From assembly GCA_050249355.1 (NCBI GenBank), contig JBFWQQ010000002.1:1-59512 (forward strand): DNA of 59,512 nucleotides, read 5' to 3'. Made by a program: the position numbers and the translations under genes. This document shows, piece after piece, positions 46,102 through 54,380 of the stretch. Every line of letters begins with the position of its first letter. The first letter of the stretch is position 1. The notes beneath the pieces are model-generated. The model was not told the DNA's origin. It saw only the letters and a list, made by a program, of their open reading frames with translations, and ran no database searches. This stretch comes from Alphaproteobacteria bacterium (GTDB lineage: Bacteria > Pseudomonadota > Alphaproteobacteria > Rickettsiales > SXRF01).

Positions 46102-47988
46102 TCACTTTGTCTGGGCTATATCTTCAATATGCAGGCTAACAGAGCGTCGCCCCTGCCATTCGTTGCTGCGCATCTGCCCAACAAGGTCCACCGTCTGGCC
46201 CCGTGTGGCCAGCAGTGCCTCGCCCAATTTGGTGCCCACCGAGCGAAAGGCGATGGCAGACAGGCTGGCGCCGCCACTGGGGTCTTTCACATAGGTGCGG
46301 ATATGCGACTGGTCTTTGCCTATATACTCGGGCTTCATGTTGACTACGCCGCGCAGAACCACTCGTATGGAAGGATTCCCCTGTCCGAACGGCCCGATCT
46401 GCTCCAGCTTTTCGATCAGTTCGTCGGTGATGCCGCCGATATGCAGTTCGGCATCCAGCCTTATCACCCGGTTGCGGGTTAAAAGCTCCTGATGTTTAGC
46501 CGCGCGCTGTGCCATAAATTCCTTGAATGCTACTAGCTTACCGGATTCCACCGTAAAGCCCGCCGCCATCGAGTGCCCACCGCCAGCCACCAGCAAACCA
46601 GATTCACAGGCCGCGATCACCGCCGAGCCGATATCGAAGCCGCTCACCGAACGCGCCGACGCTTTACCTACGCCATTTTCCATGGCAATGACGGCTGTGG
46701 GTTTATTGAATGCTTCTTTCAGCCTGCCCGCTACGATACCGATCACGCCGGGATGCCAGTTCTCACCTTCCACCAGCAACACCAGCTGGTCGAGCTGCTG
46801 CTCGGCTTTGGCCATCGCTTCTTCTAGCACCATGCTCTCAATGGTTTTGCGTTCACTGTTGTGGGTGTCAAGTTGCAGCGCCAGCTGTTTCGCTATCGTA
46901 TCATCGCCGCAGGTCAGCAGGCGCACGCCCAGATCGGATTTTCCTACGCGCCCCCCGGCATTGATGCGCGGCCCCAGCACAAACCCGGCATGGAACACAC
47001 CCGGCGGCTGGTCGATACCGGCAATGTCGAGCAGCGTGCGGATACCAAGGTTCTGCCGTGCCGCCATCACCTTCAGCCCCTGCGCCACGAACGCCCGGTT
47101 CACTCCCGTCAGCGGCACCACATCGCACACCGTGCCGAGCGCTACCATATCCAGCCATTGCATGAGGTTGGGTGGAGGTATTTTATTGCCCCCGAAGTTT
47201 TCTGCTGAAAACTCCATGGGGCGCAGCTCAGGGCTGACTCGGCCTGCTGGCCTCGCTTCCTCATAAAATCCGGAAGTTCGCAACCTGCTATTCACCGCTA
47301 CAGCCAACAGAAATGATACGCCGACCGCTGCCATGTGGCCATGCGGCGAATCCTCATCCAGCCGATTGGGGTTTACTACTGCCACTGCCCTTGGCAGTTT
47401 GGCCTCGGCCTGATGGTGGTCGATCACGATCACATCCAGCCCGGCATCGGCGGCGGCAGCAAGCGGCTCGAATGCCAGCGTGCCGCAATCCACTGTGATA
47501 GCCACGTGTGCGCCCTGCTCTTTTAACTTCAGCAATCCGGCTGTGTTTGGGCCGTAGCCTTCGGTCATGCGGTCGGGGATGTAGACCAGCGGCGTAACGC
47601 CTATGCTTTGGAAAAACTGGCTGAGCACCGCAGACGAGGTGGCACCATCGACATCGTAATCGCCCCAGATGGCAATGGTTTCCTTGTTCTGTATCGCGCG
47701 CACGATACGATCGGCCGCCTTGTCCATATCCTTCAGGTGGAACGGGTCGGGTAGCTGCGATTTCAGGCTGGGATTGAGAAAATCCTCCACGTCATCTTCG
47801 GCGATACCGCGCGCCGCCAGAATGCGCGCCACAATCTCCGGCAGACCATAGCGCTGCACCAGCAGTGCCGCCTTGCGCTCGTCGGCTGCGCGCAGCAGCC
47901 ACTCGCAGCCAGTAAGTGACAAATGACCCGGTAATTCGATGACCCGATGACTCGTGTCAAAAGCTATGCTAGGTTCATTCTCCGTCAT
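46102..47988 (-). CDS. recJ: Single-stranded-DNA-specific exonuclease RecJ
   Basis: 628 aa. Has DHH motifs (IAIWGDYDVDGATS, ITVDCG, VIVIDHH, ALGTVCDVVPL) and DHHA1 (GGGHSMAAG). R1 repeat copy D lies between DHH motifs III and IV. The first ~20 codons lie in an R4 repeat. Confidence 0.9.
   Translation of the reverse strand: MTENEPSIAFDTSHRVIELPGHLSLTGCEWLLRAADERKAALLVQRYGLPEIVARILAARGIAEDDVEDFLNPSLKSQLPDPFHLKDMDKAADRIVRAIQNKETIAIWGDYDVDGATSSAVLSQFFQSIGVTPLVYIPDRMTEGYGPNTAGLLKLKEQGAHVAITVDCGTLAFEPLAAAADAGLDVIVIDHHQAEAKLPRAVAVVNPNRLDEDSPHGHMAAVGVSFLLAVAVNSRLRTSGFYEEARPAGRVSPELRPMEFSAENFGGNKIPPPNLMQWLDMVALGTVCDVVPLTGVNRAFVAQGLKVMAARQNLGIRTLLDIAGIDQPPGVFHAGFVLGPRINAGGRVGKSDLGVRLLTCGDDTIAKQLALQLDTHNSERKTIESMVLEEAMAKAEQQLDQLVLLVEGENWHPGVIGIVAGRLKEAFNKPTAVIAMENGVGKASARSVSGFDIGSAVIAACESGLLVAGGGHSMAAGFTVESGKLVAFKEFMAQRAAKHQELLTRNRVIRLDAELHIGGITDELIEKLEQIGPFGQGNPSIRVVLRGVVNMKPEYIGKDQSHIRTYVKDPSGGASLSAIAFRSVGTKLGEALLATRGQTVDLVGQMRSNEWQGRRSVSLHIEDIAQTK
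47184..47256 (+). repeat. 73-bp palindromic element, family R1, copy D (inside recJ, translated in frame)
   Basis: The sequence is tattgcccccgaagttttctgctgaaaactccatggggcgcagctcagggctgactcggcctgctggcctcgc. On the minus strand it is read as ARPAGRVSPELRPMEFSAENFGGN. Confidence 0.85.
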
Positions 47989-48016
47989 CCAGTCATCCAG
48001 TTATCGAGTTATCCAC
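47923..48016. repeat. Inverted arrays of tandem 8-mers (family R4) spanning the recJ / O-methyltransferase divergent region
   Basis: The left array is atgacccg gtaattc gatgaccc gatgactc. The spacer is 47954-47983. The right array is gtcatccag tcatccag ttatcgag ttatccac. The recJ ATG (47988-47986) and the methyltransferase ATG (48017) both abut or lie within it. Confidence 0.6.
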
Positions 48017-48670
48017 ATGTCACGCACTTTAACACCCGCCATCGACTATATCCGCAAGCTTTACGCACCGCAAGACGCGCTGCAGCAGGAAATCAACGCC
48101 ACACTGAAAGATATCGGCATGGAAATTCAGGTCGGCCCGGAAGAAGGCAAGCTGCTGGGCCTGCTGGTGAAAATGCACGGCGTAAAAACTATTGTGGAAG
48201 TGGGCACGCTGGGCGGCTATTCCACTCTGTGGATGGCACGCGCCCTGCCCGATGGCGGCCAGATCCACACGTTGGAGCGCGATGCCAGACATGCCGGAAT
48301 CGCACGCGGTTTTTTTGCAAAGTCGGATGTGGCAGACCGTATCACACTACACGAAGGTGACGCCACCCAAACGCTGGCATCCTTAAATGATAAAGGGCCG
48401 TTCGATATGATATTCATCGACGCCGATAAGATCAGCTACCCCACCTATCTCGACTGGGCAGAAGCAAATATCTGCAAAGGCGGGCTGATCGTGGCCGATA
48501 ACACTTTCCTGTTCGGCGCGGTGCTGCAGGATTCGCCACCGGAAGATGTCGCTAAATCTACATGGGAGAATATGCGCAGCTTCAATGCACGGCTTGCCGA
48601 CCCCGAAAAATATTACGGCCTGATCATTCCTACACAGGAAGGGTTGAGCGTAGCGGTGAAGTTGTTCTAA
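48017..48670 (+). CDS. Class I SAM-dependent O-methyltransferase (caffeoyl-CoA OMT / YrrM-like)
   Basis: Has IVEVGTLGGYSTLWMA, MIFIDADK and LIVADN. I prefer the ATG at 48017 over the GTG at 47954, which lies inside the repeat. Confidence 0.8.
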   Translation: MSRTLTPAIDYIRKLYAPQDALQQEINATLKDIGMEIQVGPEEGKLLGLLVKMHGVKTIVEVGTLGGYSTLWMARALPDGGQIHTLERDARHAGIARGFFAKSDVADRITLHEGDATQTLASLNDKGPFDMIFIDADKISYPTYLDWAEANICKGGLIVADNTFLFGAVLQDSPPEDVAKSTWENMRSFNARLADPEKYYGLIIPTQEGLSVAVKLF

Positions 48671-48674
48671 TGCT

Positions 48675-48698
48675 CCCTCCCCCCATTGGGGGAGAGGG
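48675..48698. repeat. GC hairpin repeat (family R3), between convergent genes
   Basis: The sequence is ccctcccccc att gggggagaggg followed by aaaaaaa on the plus strand. The related copy is at 8522-8550. Confidence 0.6.
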
Positions 48699-48710
48699 AA
48701 AAAAATGGCT

Positions 48711-49259
48711 TTAGAAATCTATCACCTTCAGCACGTCGTCAACCTTGTCGACCACGTTGAAAAACCCCTTCACCTCTTCTTTAGCAAAGTTGTTATCGAT
48801 GATGTTGTACATGAGTTTGATCAGCGGCGTCCAATATTCCTCGAAGTTGAATATCACCACCGGCTTGTTGTGCAGGCGCAGCTGCCGCCATGTGATGATC
48901 TCGAACATTTCGTCCATGGTGCCGAAGCCGCCGGGGAACACAATAAACGCATCCGATTTCTCGAACATTAGCTGTTTGCGCTCGTGCATGGTATTTACGA
49001 TGACGATCTCGCTTAAGCTTTGGTGCTCGTTCTCGATGTCGCGCAGCGATTCAGGGAATACGCCGGTCACGTAGCCGCCATTTTGCAGGCTGGCATTGGC
49101 CACCGCACCCATGACACCGCAATCACCCCCGCCGTATACGAGATTGATATTTTTTTGCGCCAGAATCTTTCCGAACGCACTGCCGATATCCAGAAACTTC
49201 TTGGGAACGTCATTAGATGCGCCGCAGAACACGCACACCGATTTGGGATTACTCATCAA
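48711..49259 (-). CDS. LOG family protein (TIGR00730-type nucleotide phosphoribohydrolase)
   Basis: 182 aa. Has VFCGAS, LVYGGGDCGVMG and PGGFGTMDEMFE. Confidence 0.85.
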   Translation of the reverse strand: MMSNPKSVCVFCGASNDVPKKFLDIGSAFGKILAQKNINLVYGGGDCGVMGAVANASLQNGGYVTGVFPESLRDIENEHQSLSEIVIVNTMHERKQLMFEKSDAFIVFPGGFGTMDEMFEIITWRQLRLHNKPVVIFNFEEYWTPLIKLMYNIIDNNFAKEEVKGFFNVVDKVDDVLKVIDF

Positions 49260-49330
49260 CTTCCTACAATTATTATTGCTTTTGATTGGTTTACCAGTTC
49301 TTATAATAACAAGGTAATAGTTATTTTTCT

Positions 49331-50107
49331 ATGAAAGATCCAAAAAATATAGTTATTACAGGTGCTAGCAGCGGCCTTGGCGCCGCCCTCGCCCGCTATT
49401 ACGCGGCGCCGGGCATCACCTTGCATCTGCATGGCCGCAATCATGCACGTATCGACGCGATCTGTGCGACGTGTCAGAAAAAGGGTGCCGTAACACATGG
49501 CTATGCCTGCGATGTGACGAATGCCGCCGCTATGGAAGATTGGATAAAATTCGCCGACACGCAAACACCGATCGACCTTGTAATCGCCAATGCCGGTATT
49601 TCGGCAGGCATCGGTGGTGGTGGCGAGAACGCCAACCAATCGCGCGCCATATTTGCTACCAACATGGACGGTGTGAACAATACCATACAACCGTTGATTC
49701 CCCGCATGTGTGAACGTGGGCGCGGCCAGATCGCGCTGGTCAGCTCGCTGGCGGGGATACGCGGCCTTTCGAGTTCGCCAGCCTATAGCGCCTCCAAAGG
49801 TTGGGCACGACTGTATGGCGAAGGGCTGCGCGGCTGGCTGAAGGATTTCGGCGTGCAGGTGAATGTGGTCTGCCCCGGCTTTATACGCACGCCACTCACC
49901 GATGTGAACCCGTACAAAATGCCACTCATCATGGAAGCAGACAAAGCTGCGCGCATCATCGCCGACGGCCTTGCGAAAAACAAAGCGCGCATCGCATTTC
50001 CAAAATTGCTCTACATTCCACTATGGCTGGTGAACAGCCTGCCCTACAGGCTGACCGAATGGTATTTTGACCGCATGCCAGCAAAACCTGCTTCGCCTGA
50101 GCTTTAG
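49331..50107 (+). CDS. SDR family NAD(P)-dependent oxidoreductase
   Basis: 258 aa. Has IVITGASSGLGAALA, NAGI and YSASKGW. Confidence 0.85.
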   Translation: MKDPKNIVITGASSGLGAALARYYAAPGITLHLHGRNHARIDAICATCQKKGAVTHGYACDVTNAAAMEDWIKFADTQTPIDLVIANAGISAGIGGGGENANQSRAIFATNMDGVNNTIQPLIPRMCERGRGQIALVSSLAGIRGLSSSPAYSASKGWARLYGEGLRGWLKDFGVQVNVVCPGFIRTPLTDVNPYKMPLIMEADKAARIIADGLAKNKARIAFPKLLYIPLWLVNSLPYRLTEWYFDRMPAKPASPEL

Positions 50108-50145
50108 ATTGCCTCCGCGATTTTCTCCTGCAAATCGCATGAGGC
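50107..50145 (+). repeat. Family R1 element, half copy E (hairpin half only)
   Basis: The sequence gattgcctccgcgattttctcctgcaaatcgcatgaggc aligns with the first 39 nt of copy B. It begins at the last base of the SDR gene's stop codon. Confidence 0.75.
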
Positions 50146-50154
50146 AAAAAAACC

Positions 50155-51489
50155 TCAAACCAGCCGTATCTTCATCAGTTTCGACAACGCTTCTAAAAAC
50201 GAGTGGCAGGCATCGTACAGCGCCGGATCTTTAATATCCTGCGGCGGCAGCTGCATCGGGTAATGCGCTTCGATCAGCCGTTCTAATTTTTTCAGCATCG
50301 CATCCCCTGTTATCACACCGCAATACTCACGTATCGCCGCCAGTTGCCCATCAGTCATCGGCACGCGCAAGCGCAGGCAGGCCGGGCCGCCGCCGTTGCG
50401 CATACTCTGGCGCAGGTCGGCTGTGCGTACCTCGTTGATCGGGTTGCTGTTGTCGGCCACGATATCCTGCAATATTTTTGCGGCTTTGCCATCGAACAAC
50501 TCCTGCACTTCGGTCGGCGCGATCACCGCCATGCCGCCGTCGGGTTTGCTGATGATCTGGCTGTTAAAGAGATAGGTATGCACCGCTTCTTTCACCGTCA
50601 GCCTGCTTTCCGGTACTACCAGCATGTGCAGTATTTTGCCCGGGTGTAGCGCTGCATACGCCGCCTCTATTTTGGCAATATCATCACCGCCATTGGCATA
50701 CGCACGCTCATGTACGAAATACAGGTTCTGGTTGCCCACCGCGATCACATCGTTATGGAACACTCCATCATTTATCACCTCTGGGTTCTGCTTGATGAAT
50801 ACCACCTGATCGTCCGGCAGGGCATGCGCCTTGGCAATAGCCTGCGATGCAGCAAGGCTCTGGCGTGCGGTCTTGGCATCACCGGCCGAGCCGTCCTTGC
50901 CATAGACGAACACATGCAGGCCCTTGTCACTATGCTGCGGGGCAAGGCGTGTGTGGTTGGCTGCACCCTCGTCCGGCATGCTGTCGGGCAACGGTTCGTG
51001 CACCACACAATCCGGCGCATGCTCAAATATCTGGCTTAGCACGTGGTGCGTATCCCTGGTCTCAATGCGGCGGTGCAGATTGGTGAATAAATTGGCGGTG
51101 GTCAGGTGCAGTTTGCCATCGGCAGCATCCACCCCGGGCGTTACCGTTGCCGCATTGGCCACCCACATCGCCGAACTGGACGACGCTTTTTCGAGCAGCG
51201 CGACATCTTCTGCGGCGGCCTGAGCGATCACTTCTTCGCGCGTACCCATGAAATGTTCGTTCAGGAGCGGCACATGCGGGCGCAGCTGGGGCGGCAATAT
51301 GCCTGCCGGAATGTCCAGCGCGATTAGCTGCCGCACCAGCCCCACCGCTTGCTTTGCCGCCAGCTGCGGACTGGATATCTGGCCCCGGTTCTTGCCCGAT
51401 GCCACATTGTCGCCGGATAGTCCGCCGTAGTTATGCGTCGGGCCGGGCAGACCAACAAAAATAACTTCGGTTGTTTCGCCTGTTGACAT
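50155..51489 (-). CDS. astB: N-succinylarginine dihydrolase
   Basis: 444 aa. The N-terminus is VGLPGPTHNYGGLSGDNVAS and the C-terminus GGGPACLRLRV has the catalytic Cys context. Confidence 0.85.
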   Translation of the reverse strand: MSTGETTEVIFVGLPGPTHNYGGLSGDNVASGKNRGQISSPQLAAKQAVGLVRQLIALDIPAGILPPQLRPHVPLLNEHFMGTREEVIAQAAAEDVALLEKASSSSAMWVANAATVTPGVDAADGKLHLTTANLFTNLHRRIETRDTHHVLSQIFEHAPDCVVHEPLPDSMPDEGAANHTRLAPQHSDKGLHVFVYGKDGSAGDAKTARQSLAASQAIAKAHALPDDQVVFIKQNPEVINDGVFHNDVIAVGNQNLYFVHERAYANGGDDIAKIEAAYAALHPGKILHMLVVPESRLTVKEAVHTYLFNSQIISKPDGGMAVIAPTEVQELFDGKAAKILQDIVADNSNPINEVRTADLRQSMRNGGGPACLRLRVPMTDGQLAAIREYCGVITGDAMLKKLERLIEAHYPMQLPPQDIKDPALYDACHSFLEALSKLMKIRLV

Positions 51490-51519
51490 AAATATCAGAA
51501 TGTTATTGAGCTATAGGGT

Positions 51520-52860
51520 ATGACAGACCCTATCAACGACATTTTGTCCAGCTATTTCGCTCGCGAGCTCAGCCACCTGTCCGATCCGGAGGTGGTCACC
51601 CAACTATTCTTTGAAACGCGCTTCACCCATGGCAACCTGGAGCCAGTGTGCCGTATTGTCTGCGAAAGCAGCGCCGATATTGGCGGCCGTAAGATTCCCG
51701 GCAGCCTCCTGATCAAAGGCAAAACTTCAGCTGCACCGCTGATCATCCAGACCCAGCTGCACGGCAACGAGCCGGCCGGACTGGCTGGCATATTGCTCAG
51801 CATGCTACTGTCTAAAACAGGCCTGCTGGAAAAGGATGTCCTGGCCGTAGTCGGCAACCCGCTGGCTGCCCGCCAGTATTATGCCGCGCTGGAAGAAAAC
51901 CCCAAAGCCCGCCAGCAAACGCGCGATGCCTATCGCTGTGGACTGGATAAGAACGGCAGCCTGCTGCCCGATATGAACCGCATCCCGGTGGATTTCGCCA
52001 CGCGTGATCCCTCCGACCCGCATACCAAACGCGCGCAGGAGTTATACCACCTGTGCCAGCATGCCTGCGGCATACTCGACCTGCATACGGCACGCGGCAA
52101 TATGGTGTGCATCACCGACCACAAGCATGATGCCGACCTGAAACACACCCCCATCCGAGCCATCCTGCTGGAGCTGGCTGATGCGATATCGGCCAACGTG
52201 TCCAACAGCAGCGAAAAGAAAGTGACCCTGAAAACACTGGTCAGCCCGCTGGAAAATATCCGGCACCAGATCGGCATCGAAGCGGGCACACACGAATCGC
52301 CGGATGCCCCTTATATCGCGGCCAGCTTCGTTCTGGCGTCCCTGTACCGTATGGGCTTCACCGCCGCTGAACCGGTGAATGGCACCGATGACGACGGTGA
52401 GTTTGAAGGCTATCACGTAAAACCGCGCATCACTTACGCCGACCTCGAGATCGATGGAACGCTCGATGCCAATGACAAGGTGTATATGGTAGAACCCTGC
52501 ACTGAGCCGGAAGAACTACCCTCGGACGCCACCAGCGTGGTGATCCGCAAAGACGATGGTGCGTTCGGTCTGCAAACCTTCATGCAGTTCATGGTGCAGC
52601 CCAAGGGCGAGCTGTATTATGCACTGCGCCAGTACGATGAAATGGAGCCGGTTCAAGCCGGACAGGTGATCGCAGTGGCGGTGCCTTCGGGCATTGAGCT
52701 AAAAACCAAAGAGGCATTCTCCGGCATATTCTGGAGCAAATACGGTGTGCTGTACGACAAAGACCCCGCCGTCGGCCCATGGCCGGTAAAGGCCAGCGAA
52801 CTGGATAAGGTGAAGTTGTGCTATCCCTGCGAGGTGAAAGCAACCAGGATCAAATTCTGA
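51520..52860 (+). CDS. Succinylglutamate desuccinylase/aspartoacylase (AstE/AspA, M14-like) family protein with a C-terminal extension
   Basis: 446 aa. IQTQLHGNEPAGLAG is the zinc-binding HxxE motif of the family. It is longer than typical AstE. Confidence 0.65.
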   Translation: MTDPINDILSSYFARELSHLSDPEVVTQLFFETRFTHGNLEPVCRIVCESSADIGGRKIPGSLLIKGKTSAAPLIIQTQLHGNEPAGLAGILLSMLLSKTGLLEKDVLAVVGNPLAARQYYAALEENPKARQQTRDAYRCGLDKNGSLLPDMNRIPVDFATRDPSDPHTKRAQELYHLCQHACGILDLHTARGNMVCITDHKHDADLKHTPIRAILLELADAISANVSNSSEKKVTLKTLVSPLENIRHQIGIEAGTHESPDAPYIAASFVLASLYRMGFTAAEPVNGTDDDGEFEGYHVKPRITYADLEIDGTLDANDKVYMVEPCTEPEELPSDATSVVIRKDDGAFGLQTFMQFMVQPKGELYYALRQYDEMEPVQAGQVIAVAVPSGIELKTKEAFSGIFWSKYGVLYDKDPAVGPWPVKASELDKVKLCYPCEVKATRIKF

Positions 52861-53412
52861 TCACTTAATCACGCAGCAGCTTTTTATTCGCGACTGGTTC
52901 CATGGCATCTTTGCCAGCACCTGCGCTAAGCCACAAAATCCTGTGGCGCCTGCGACCGTCAGGCCCACGCCGACAAACCCGGTAAGTAGCAGGAAAAGTG
53001 AACTTACGTAATAGGCCAGCAAGCTGCCCACGATTAGTATGATGCCAATAGTCAACTGCACCTGACGATCAAGTGACAGCATCTGTCTTTTTGCGCTGTT
53101 CACCGGCAAGCCTGCGGCTTCCCATGCCAGTATGCCGCCTTCGAGGTTATACAACTCCAGCCCGGCATCTTCAAACGTGAGTTTCTCGCACGCCATGGCA
53201 CCGCGACCACCCTTCTGGCAATGTACGACAATTTTCTTACCTTTGCTATATTCAGGCAAGGCGGCGCTACAACAGCTGGATACAGGCAATAGCAGCGAAC
53301 CCGGGATATGTTTACTGGCATACTCTGCCGGTTCACGCACATCTATCAACACGGCCTCCTTGTTGGCAAGCCAGTGCTTTGCAGTCTGTATATCGATAGA
53401 TTGATGGGTCAT
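52861..53412 (-). CDS. Rhodanese domain protein fused to a DUF2892 membrane anchor (YgaP-like)
   Basis: I chose the ATG at 53412 (MTHQSIDIQ). The active-site loop is VHCQKGGRG. The C-terminus has two TM helices ending GFCGLAQVLAKMPWN (DUF2892). Confidence 0.8.
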   Translation of the reverse strand: MTHQSIDIQTAKHWLANKEAVLIDVREPAEYASKHIPGSLLLPVSSCCSAALPEYSKGKKIVVHCQKGGRGAMACEKLTFEDAGLELYNLEGGILAWEAAGLPVNSAKRQMLSLDRQVQLTIGIILIVGSLLAYYVSSLFLLLTGFVGVGLTVAGATGFCGLAQVLAKMPWNQSRIKSCCVIK

Positions 53413-53443
53413 GCATATCTCCGAATTAGATAACACTAAAATA

Positions 53444-53761
53444 TTAGCCTTTGTTACAGTACATGTGATACAGAACCGATACGATCGTCTGTGCCTGCAT
53501 GCTGCATATTCGGTAATACACCATCTGGCCACGCTTTTCTGAAGAAACTAGCGTAGCCTCGCGCATTTTTGCCAAGTGCTGCGATACGGCAGAGTGTGAT
53601 AATCCAGTAATATCAACCAGTTCTGACACTGTACGCTCACCACCGGTCAGGCTACATACTATCATTAACCGCTTGGCATTGGCCAACTGCTTTAAAAGCG
53701 CCTCAGCGGCTTCTGCGTTATGTTCCAGTGCAGCGAATCGATGTGTATTCTTTGCTTGCAT
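53444..53761 (-). CDS. ArsR/SmtB family transcriptional regulator (YgaV-like)
   Basis: 105 aa. Has LANAKRLMIVCSLTGGERTVSELVDITGLSHSAVSQHLAKMREATLV (winged HTH). Confidence 0.85.
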   Translation of the reverse strand: MQAKNTHRFAALEHNAEAAEALLKQLANAKRLMIVCSLTGGERTVSELVDITGLSHSAVSQHLAKMREATLVSSEKRGQMVYYRICSMQAQTIVSVLYHMYCNKG

Positions 53762-53779
53762 ATTGCTATTATATTAGTA

Positions 53780-53801
53780 TATGCTAAAGTAATCAAGCAT
53801 A
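53780..53801. promoter_or_regulatory. Candidate operator: inverted repeat TATGCT-N10-AGCATA in the ArsR/CMD divergent promoter
   Basis: The arms tatgct (53780-53785) and agcata (53796-53801) are perfect reverse complements within a 57-bp AT-rich divergent spacer. Protein binding is not demonstrated. Confidence 0.3.
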
Positions 53802-53818
53802 AATATATGAGGTTCCTT

Positions 53819-54181
53819 ATGGAAAAATACTACCCCGACATCACCAGGCGCATTAGCAGCAGCATGAAGGAATTACGCAAAGATATTGCCGATACCATGC
53901 AGGGCTTTTCTGCTATGGCAGGTGCCGCCACCAAAGATGGCGCACTGGATAAAAAGACCAAAGAATTTATCGCACTGGCGATCGGTGTTTCCACGCGCTG
54001 CGACGGCTGCATCGGCTTTCACAGCGAAGCTCTGGTCAAGTTAGGGGCCACAAAAGAAGAATTTGAAGAGGTGCTGGGCATGGCCGTGTATATGGGAGGC
54101 GGACCGTCATTGATGTATGCGGCCGATGCCATGCTGGCCTATGAGCAATTTAAAGATAAGCAAGGAACTGCCGCCGCATAA
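53819..54181 (+). CDS. Carboxymuconolactone decarboxylase (AhpD-like) family protein
   Basis: I chose the ATG at 53819 (a gagg lies 7 nt upstream). Has the CxxC motif in STRCDGCIGFH. Confidence 0.8.
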   Translation: MEKYYPDITRRISSSMKELRKDIADTMQGFSAMAGAATKDGALDKKTKEFIALAIGVSTRCDGCIGFHSEALVKLGATKEEFEEVLGMAVYMGGGPSLMYAADAMLAYEQFKDKQGTAAA

Positions 54182-54195
54182 AAGGGAGAGTGACC

Positions 54196-54378
54196 ATGAA
54201 ATGCAACGTAGGAAAAACTGATCGTATGCTACGCATCATTGCGGGCATTGCCATTATTGGCGCAGGCATTGCCATGCAACAATGGTGGGGTGTAATAGGG
54301 CTTGTGCCACTGATAACCGGCATGGCACGCTGGTGTCCTGCCTATGTACCGCTGGGAATCTCCACTGACAAAAAATAA
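54196..54378 (+). CDS. DUF2892 (YgaP-C-terminal-like) small membrane protein
   Basis: MKCNVGKTDRMLRIIAGIAIIGAGI...GMARWCPAY. The ORF track begins at GTG 54190, but the ATG at 54196 seems more likely. Confidence 0.7.
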   Translation: MKCNVGKTDRMLRIIAGIAIIGAGIAMQQWWGVIGLVPLITGMARWCPAYVPLGISTDKK

Positions 54379-54380
54379 CA

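Noticed and set aside
47923-48016. Tandem 8-mer arrays considered as a CRISPR-like or minisatellite array
   Set aside because: The units are 7-8 nt with no spacers of unique sequence. There are only 3-4 units per arm, arranged as an inverted pair. This is not CRISPR architecture, and no cas genes are in the window.
48673-48706. The GC hairpin between the O-methyltransferase and the LOG gene, considered as a bidirectional intrinsic terminator
   Set aside because: The A-run follows the stem on the plus strand. A plus-strand transcript therefore gets no U-tract after the hairpin, and a minus-strand transcript gets its U-tract before the hairpin. It fits a repeat element (family R3) better than a canonical terminator.
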